Shown piece by piece: positions 26,947 through 32,000 of a DNA stretch of 32,000 bases; positions within the stretch are counted from its first letter, which is position 1; every line of letters starts with the position of its first letter. Under the pieces are notes generated by a model that was not told the origin of the DNA, ran no database searches, and saw only the letters and a list, made by a program, of their open reading frames with translations. A program made the position numbers and the translations under genes. This DNA is from Terriglobales bacterium (lineage in GTDB: Bacteria > Acidobacteriota > Terriglobia > Terriglobales > Acidobacteriaceae). The stretch spans positions 166,818 through 198,817 of the forward strand of contig DASPTU010000125.1 in NCBI GenBank assembly GCA_035623255.1, in the 5' to 3' direction.

Positions 26947-29496
26947 ATGGCGCTGACTCCCGGCACAAAACTCGGGCCTTACGAAATTCAATCGCCGGTT
27001 GGCGCTGGAGGAATGGGCGAGGTTTATCGCGCCCGTGACACGCGCCTCAATCGCGATGTCGCTATCAAGGTTCTCCCCGCGCAGTTTTCCCGGGATGCCT
27101 CTCGTGTCTCGCGATTTCGTCAGGAGGCTCAGGCAGCCGCTGCGCTCAACCATCCCAACATTCTGGCGATCCATGATTTCGGAGAACATGATGGATCGGT
27201 CTACATCGTCTCCGAGATGCTGGACGGAGAAACCCTCCGGGACAGGCTCCGCGGCGGGGCTCTGCCGACCCGTAAGGCAATCGATTATGCCGAACAGACC
27301 GCCCGTGGCTTGGCTGCGGCGCATGAAAAGGGTATCGTCCACCGCGATCTGAAACCGGAGAACATTTTCATTACCCGCGATGGCCGGGTGAAGATCCTCG
27401 ATTTCGGCCTCGCCAAGTTGATCCGCTCTGACGGCGTGCCTCCCACCGATGCCGCAACCTTGGCCTCGCAAACCGAGCCTGGCGTCGTCATGGGCACTGT
27501 CGGCTATATGAGTCCCGAGCAGGTGCGAGGCCAGATCGCTGACCAGCGCTCCGATCTGTTCAGCTTCGGCGCCATTCTCTACGAAATGCTTTCGGGAAAA
27601 CGCGCGTTTCATCGCGACAGCTCGGTCGAAACGATGAGCGCGATTCTCAAAGAGGAGCCGCCGGATCTCACCGAGACCAATCGAACGGTGCCGCCCGCCA
27701 TTGAGCGCATCGTCCGCCATTGCCTGGAGAAGAATCGGGAAGAGCGTTTCCAGTCGGCTCATGACGTAGCCTTCGCTCTCCAGAGTCTCTCCGGAAGCGC
27801 AAGCCAACCGGTCCCAGTGGCCGCGGCGATGCCGGAAGCCTCGAATCGAACTCGCATTGCCGCGCTCGCCCTGGTTTCGCTGGCGGCACTGGCGGGAATG
27901 TTCTGGGCAGGTTGGTCGCTCAACACAAAATCCTTGCCCGTTTTCAAGCGGCTGACCTTCCGCCGCGGTACCGTAACCGCTGCACACTTTGCTCCAGACG
28001 GCCAAAACGTTATTTATTCGGCGATATGGGAAGGCAACCCGCATGCCGCGCTGTTCAGCGCCCGCACCGATGGCGTGCTCTCGCGTCCGCTCGATATCAG
28101 CGATGCCGACGTACTTTCCATTTCGCCGCAAGGTGAAATGGCGCTGCTTCAGCATTGGCGCCGCAACTTCGGGTGGCAGAGAAGCGGCATGCTGGCGCGC
28201 ATTCCCCTGAGCGGAGGCGCGCCCAAAGAAGTGCTGGACGGCGTTGAGGACGCCGCTTGGTCGCGCGATGGCAGCAGCATGGTCGTTGTACGCGGTGGCG
28301 GCGAGTACAGAATCGAGTTTCCCTTAGGCCACGTCCTTGCGAGGACCACCACCGGCTGGTTTAGCTACGCTCGGCTCTCCCCCGATCAGCAACACATCGC
28401 ATTCCTCGAGCATCCGCCCGGCGATGATCGGGGCAACGTCTCGCTCGTCGACTTGAATGGCAACAAGCGTGTGCTTTCGGACGGCTGGTCGTCATTGTGG
28501 GGTCTCGCGTGGTCACCTTCAGGACAAGAAATTTGGTTTGCCGGCAGCAATAGCGGGAGTCGCCGTGCCCTCTACGCTGTCACTTTGAGTGGGCGCTTGC
28601 GAACGGTTTTGAATGCTCCCGGTTCTCTCATTCTTTGCGACGTTGCCAGCGACGGGCGCGTCTTGCTTGCGGCCGAAGACGCTCGGCGATTTGTGATCGG
28701 CCTTTCTGCCAACAGCTCCGAGGAGCGAGACCTCTCCTGGCTTGACTGGTCGAACCCTCGCGATCTCACTCCCGATGGCAAATGGCTTGTGTTTGATGAG
28801 CAGGGCGATGGCGGAGGTCCTGCCTACTCGATTTACGTTCGCAACACCGATGGTTCCGCGCCCTTTCGCCTTGCCGATGGCGATACTGGTTCGATCTCCG
28901 ATGATGGCAAATGGGTGCTGGCAACCACCTACGCTGAGGGTGGATCACTGGTCTTGTTGCCGACCGGAGCTGGTGAGCCCCGCCCCATCAAGACCGGCAA
29001 TCTACGAGATGTTTTTGCCAGCTTTTTGCCTGATCGACAACATATCCTGATTTTTCCGCAGGACGGTCGCGTCTACGTGCAGACGCTGGATGATAATTCA
29101 CCGCAGCCAGTCATACCGCCTGGCGTTCTTGCCTCACCAGCATTCACAAGCGATGGAAAGTTTCTTGCTGCCAGAGATCAGTCGAAGAAGTGGGCCTTGT
29201 ATCCGATCGCCGGCGGCCAGCCCATCCCGCTTCCCAAATGGCCATCGAACGATTTCCCCCTCAACCACACCACCGACAATCACAGCTTCTTCGTGGCAAG
29301 TGGTGATCTGCCGGTCAATATCTATCGACTGGATTTCCTCAGCGGTGCCCGCCAGTTCGTGCGCCAGATTCGTCCTGGTGACGCCACCGGCGTGGAGCGC
29401 ATCAGCGCTCTCCTGATGACTCCGGACGGCAAGTATTGCGTCTACGGCGGCGCGCGCCGCCTCAGCACCCTTTACGTCGTCAACGGCTTGAAGTAG
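26947..29496 (+). CDS. Ser/Thr protein kinase with a TM segment and a C-terminal PD40/TolB-like beta-propeller
   Basis: Kinase motifs are GAGGMGEVY, AIKVL, HRDLKPENI, DFGLAK and SPEQ. The TM segment is IAALALVSLAALAGMFWAGW. Repeated (S/T)PDG(K/Q) blades follow: APDGQNV, SPDQQHI, SPSGQEI, TPDGKWL, SDDGKWV, TSDGKFL, TPDGKYC. Confidence 0.9.
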   Translation: MALTPGTKLGPYEIQSPVGAGGMGEVYRARDTRLNRDVAIKVLPAQFSRDASRVSRFRQEAQAAAALNHPNILAIHDFGEHDGSVYIVSEMLDGETLRDRLRGGALPTRKAIDYAEQTARGLAAAHEKGIVHRDLKPENIFITRDGRVKILDFGLAKLIRSDGVPPTDAATLASQTEPGVVMGTVGYMSPEQVRGQIADQRSDLFSFGAILYEMLSGKRAFHRDSSVETMSAILKEEPPDLTETNRTVPPAIERIVRHCLEKNREERFQSAHDVAFALQSLSGSASQPVPVAAAMPEASNRTRIAALALVSLAALAGMFWAGWSLNTKSLPVFKRLTFRRGTVTAAHFAPDGQNVIYSAIWEGNPHAALFSARTDGVLSRPLDISDADVLSISPQGEMALLQHWRRNFGWQRSGMLARIPLSGGAPKEVLDGVEDAAWSRDGSSMVVVRGGGEYRIEFPLGHVLARTTTGWFSYARLSPDQQHIAFLEHPPGDDRGNVSLVDLNGNKRVLSDGWSSLWGLAWSPSGQEIWFAGSNSGSRRALYAVTLSGRLRTVLNAPGSLILCDVASDGRVLLAAEDARRFVIGLSANSSEERDLSWLDWSNPRDLTPDGKWLVFDEQGDGGGPAYSIYVRNTDGSAPFRLADGDTGSISDDGKWVLATTYAEGGSLVLLPTGAGEPRPIKTGNLRDVFASFLPDRQHILIFPQDGRVYVQTLDDNSPQPVIPPGVLASPAFTSDGKFLAARDQSKKWALYPIAGGQPIPLPKWPSNDFPLNHTTDNHSFFVASGDLPVNIYRLDFLSGARQFVRQIRPGDATGVERISALLMTPDGKYCVYGGARRLSTLYVVNGLK

Positions 29497-29505
29497 CTCG
29501 CTACT

Positions 29506-29643
29506 TCACCTCGCCGAGCTCACCAGCACCAGCACCAGCAGCACCGACAACGCGAAGCTCGCAATCAGCGAGAATACCGAGGTCAGCGGATGGGTGTGAA
29601 AATATCCGCCATCATGCGTCTTGAAATGCAGCAAGGTCTTCAT
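29506..29643 (-). CDS. Small (45-aa) His-rich single-pass membrane protein; not in the ORF track (<60 aa)
   Basis: My own translation is MKTLLHFKTHDGGYFHTHPLTSVFSLIASFALSVLLVLVLVSSAR*. AAGGAGG lies 6 nt upstream of the ATG (complement of 29641-29643). The stop is the complement of 29506-29508. Confidence 0.45.
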   Translation of the reverse strand: MKTLLHFKTHDGGYFHTHPLTSVFSLIASFALSVLLVLVLVSSAR

Positions 29644-29724
29644 GTGCCCCTCCTTGCCCACACGCTTGGATAATTAAACACCTTTTTTCTCCCAATTTCA
29701 GTGATAAAAGTTACCGATGGTTGC

Positions 29725-29753
29725 CCCACCCTTCGCGGGTTTCGAAGGGTGGG
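29725..29753. repeat. Perfect 11-bp stem, 7-nt loop GC-rich hairpin (CCCACCCTTCG-cgggttt-CGAAGGGTGGG)
   Basis: Read directly from the sequence. It sits at the left edge of the repeat-rich intergenic region. No U-tract follows on either strand. Confidence 0.6.
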
Positions 29754-29790
29754 AAGGGTCACCCATCCTACTCTGTAACCGACCTCCGCT

Positions 29791-30019
29791 GTCATTCTGA
29801 GCGTCAGCGAAGAATCTACGCATTCCTGCTTTTACTATGGTCACATTCTGACGAAACGCAGAATTCCGCAATGGTTCCATGCCTGCAGGGGTAGGGCACA
29901 ACTTCAACAACCTGCCCTGAGCGAAGCCGAATGGGGCCGATTGGGAGATCACCCTCGACCCACGCGCCATGGCCTGCCCTGAGCGACTCCGAGTAACTAT
30001 GAGGAGGAGTCGAATGGGA
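29791..30019. repeat. Mosaic of short degenerate intergenic repeats of two sequence types
   Basis: Type 1: GTCATTCTGAGCGTCAGCGAAGAATCT (29791-29817) versus GTCACATTCTGACGAAACGCAGAATTCC (29840-29866). Type 2: CCTGCCCTGAGCGAAGCCGAATGGGG (29911-29936) versus CCTGCCCTGAGCGA[24 nt]CGAATGGGA (29973-30019). In the second type 2 copy, the central AGC is replaced by a 7-bp-stem hairpin insert. Confidence 0.6.
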
Positions 30020-30228
30020 GGCGCAAGTGAATCTGCCTTCCAAGTTAGCTCGCAAATCCGCTCGCGGAACCTGGGCCACCGGTCCAACTGCGGATCCCCG
30101 CGCACTGGATGGAATCTCACGGGCGAGGGCGCCCGCGCCACACACGCTGTCGACCTGCGCTCGACCGGACAGCCGGGGGCGGCTGTCCCTACGTGAGAAT
30201 TTATGGGCATCCAAAGTCAGCCCGCGTG

Positions 30229-30246
30229 CAACTAAATATTTAGTTG
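30229..30246. promoter_or_regulatory. Perfect 18-bp palindrome CAACTAAATATTTAGTTG, a candidate BlaI-family operator
   Basis: Read directly from the sequence. It ends 46 bp upstream of the blaI-like GTG (30293). It is AT-rich in a GC-rich context. BlaI/MecI/CopY repressors bind dyads in their own promoters. Confidence 0.5.
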
Positions 30247-30292
30247 ACCTTCGGAGGTCTGCTGCGTCTAATAAGGGAGAAGGAGCCAGAGC

Positions 30293-30688
30293 GTGCCTCC
30301 AACCAAATCCGCGACCCTGACCGAAGCTGAGTTGCGGCTGATGGATGTGCTCTGGGAAAAAGGGCCGTCGACGGTGCAGCAGGTGCTCGAGGCGCTTCCC
30401 AAAAAGCCTGCGCTGGCCTACAACTCCGTGCTCACCACCATTCGCATTCTGGAAAAGAAGGGCTACCTGAAACATATCAAAGACGGCCGCGCCCACGTGT
30501 ACCGGCCGGTGGTAGAGAGGGAAGAGGCCACGCGCTCGGAGATCAGCCACCTGGCCCATCGCTTCTTCCGGAGCTCGCATGAGCTGCTGGCGCTGAACAT
30601 TCTGCAGGACGAAGGAATCGATCAGGAAGAGTTGGGCCGCTTGCGCCAGCTTTTGGCCGATCACGCGCGGAAAGGTAAGCAGCCATGA
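30293..30688 (+). CDS. BlaI/MecI/CopY-family winged-helix transcriptional repressor
   Basis: 131 aa containing LTEAELRLMDVLWEKGPSTVQQVLEAL...AYNSVLTTIRILEKKGYLKH...RAHVYRP. AGGAG lies 7 nt upstream of GTG 30293. Confidence 0.88.
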   Translation: MPPTKSATLTEAELRLMDVLWEKGPSTVQQVLEALPKKPALAYNSVLTTIRILEKKGYLKHIKDGRAHVYRPVVEREEATRSEISHLAHRFFRSSHELLALNILQDEGIDQEELGRLRQLLADHARKGKQP

Positions 30689-32000
30689 CCGGAATGCAAC
30701 TGAACCAGGGTGCCGGCTGGCTGGCTGGACGGCTGTTGAATGGTATCCCGGCGAGCATTGTGATCGCGTGTGCTGCATGGATCCTGCTGCGGCTGGTGGG
30801 CCGGAAGAATTCGAGCATGCGGTTTGCGGTGTGGTTCTCGGCGTTGCTGGCGATCGGGGCCGCGCCCCTGATTGGCGGTTTGAATTTCGGCAATGCGGCG
30901 GTAGCGCGGGCGGCGGCAATTAACGCATCCAGTCTCTGGGCGGATGTTCTGCTGAGCGTGTGGGCGGTGATCGCCGGTGTTGCGATTCTACGGATTGGGG
31001 TGGGGCTGTGGGGATTGGGAAGACTTCGGGCGCGCCATCCGGCGGTCGATCCGGCCACGCTCGATCCCCTCATTCAGCGGACGCTGAGTGAATTTCAGTT
31101 GTCAAGAAAAGTCACCCTTGCGATCTCTGAGGAGTTGCGCGTTCCCACGGCAATCGGTTTCCTGAAGCCGATGGTCATTCTTCCCCAGTGGGCGGTGAGC
31201 GAACTTTCTGCGGAAGAGCTGAACGCGATCCTGATTCATGAACTCGCGCACCTCAAGCGCTGGGACGACATGAGCAATCTTGCGCAAAAGGTCATTCGCG
31301 CCATCTTCTTCTTCAACCCTGCCATCGTGTGGATTGAGGGCCGGCTATCGATCGAGCGGGAGATGGCTTGCGATGAGGTTGTTCTTTCGCGGACGGCGAA
31401 CCCGCTGGCCTACGCCCGGTCTCTGGTGGCAGTCGCCGAAAAGAGTTTTGTACGCCGCGGGCTGGCGCTGGCCCAGGCCGCCGTCGGGCGCTTGCGGCAA
31501 ACCTCGCAGCGAGTGACAAAAATTCTGGATGCACGCCACCCGGCAGCTACGCGAGTGGGAAAATCGGCCTTTGCCGTGATGAGCATGCTTGCGGTGAGCG
31601 CAGCCACTTTGTCGCGCGCTCCGGAGATCATCAGCTTCGAGGAGGCGCCGCAAAGTTACGCACACCTCACAATGACGGCGAGCGTGGAAAGTCCGAATCC
31701 GGGCGGGCTGATTCCGGCCAGCTTCGATCCGCGCCGCATAGAGAGCAAGCCGGTTGTGCATCCTGAGCATTCGTTGACCGCGCGACGCGCTTCGGCGCGG
31801 CGGCCAAGACCGGCAGATTCGAGACCCTTGTTGGCCTCATTGCGCACGCAAAATCGGCTCACGATGCAAACGGTGTTCGTCGTCCTCGAGACGCGTGACG
31901 GCGCGATGGCGCCACAGTGGACGCTCTGCGTCTGGGGTGTAACGTTTGTGAACTCGCAGCCGGCTGTGGTTGCGCCCGCAATTCCGGCGCGATCGATTTA
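30685..32000 (+). CDS. BlaR1-like M56-family membrane metalloprotease/sensor (partial, runs off the window)
   Basis: This gene is absent from the ORF track because it has no stop in the window. By my own translation, frame 1 is open from ATG 30685 (ATGA overlap with the blaI stop) to 32000. It has N-terminal TM helices and the zinc motif HELAH at 31237-31251 (LIHELAHLKRWD). Confidence 0.85.
   Translation, partial: MTGMQLNQGAGWLAGRLLNGIPASIVIACAAWILLRLVGRKNSSMRFAVWFSALLAIGAAPLIGGLNFGNAAVARAAAINASSLWADVLLSVWAVIAGVAILRIGVGLWGLGRLRARHPAVDPATLDPLIQRTLSEFQLSRKVTLAISEELRVPTAIGFLKPMVILPQWAVSELSAEELNAILIHELAHLKRWDDMSNLAQKVIRAIFFFNPAIVWIEGRLSIEREMACDEVVLSRTANPLAYARSLVAVAEKSFVRRGLALAQAAVGRLRQTSQRVTKILDARHPAATRVGKSAFAVMSMLAVSAATLSRAPEIISFEEAPQSYAHLTMTASVESPNPGGLIPASFDPRRIESKPVVHPEHSLTARRASARRPRPADSRPLLASLRTQNRLTMQTVFVVLETRDGAMAPQWTLCVWGVTFVNSQPAVVAPAIPARSI

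Noticed and set aside
26812-28155. 447-aa ORF on the minus strand
   Set aside because: It lies entirely antisense to the kinase gene, which has unambiguous catalytic motifs. Its translation is R/G/A-rich with no motifs, a typical shadow ORF in high-GC DNA.
29816-30919. 367-aa minus-strand ORF, and the 170-aa ORF at 29698-30210
   Set aside because: Both run through the repeat mosaic and antisense to blaI/blaR1. The translations are P/R/A/S-rich and low-complexity, containing repeat-derived peptides such as FGFAQGRL. The plus-strand BlaI and M56 (HELAH) genes explain the region.
1-32000. Scan for CRISPR arrays, tRNA/rRNA genes, IS elements, integrases, toxin-antitoxin or known defence-system genes
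   Set aside because: I found no regularly spaced direct repeats, no transposase, integrase or nuclease-like ORFs, and no cloverleaf-like intergenic sequences. The only repeats are the short degenerate units at 29.7-30.2 kb.

Overview
This is a bacterial chromosomal window of roughly 60% GC (by eye). I support 26 protein-coding genes, two of them cut by the window edges. I saw no rRNA, tRNA, CRISPR array, transposase or integrase. Several features suggest Acidobacteriota, though this is inference, not a search result: an ~800-aa duplicated orphan FtsX/MacB-type permease, a Ser/Thr kinase fused to a PD40/TolB-like propeller, a BlaI/BlaR1 pair, and short GC-rich intergenic repeats. Positions ~176-21,600 form a strand-alternating accessory cluster. 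It contains two catalytically intact beta-ketoacyl synthases and a dedicated ACP, a B12-binding radical SAM enzyme, two paralogous P450s, a flavin-dependent-halogenase-like enzyme, two SAM methyltransferases and a second flavoenzyme. These surround a complete DevB-DevC-DevA/TolC-type exporter and follow an MsbA-like ABC exporter. The exporter has two unusual fusions: an AMIN domain on the DevB-like adaptor and a C-terminal GAF domain on the DevA-like ATPase. I read this as a candidate, uncharacterised pathway for a tailored fatty-acyl or polyketide lipid with ligand-gated export across the envelope. The product and the gating are inference. The right third (21.6-32 kb) holds a bactofilin, a secreted protein of unknown function, a DUF72 protein, the orphan permease, the kinase, an untracked 45-aa membrane ORF, a ~500-bp mosaic of short repeats, and a blaI/blaR1-like pair with a perfect 18-bp palindromic operator candidate.
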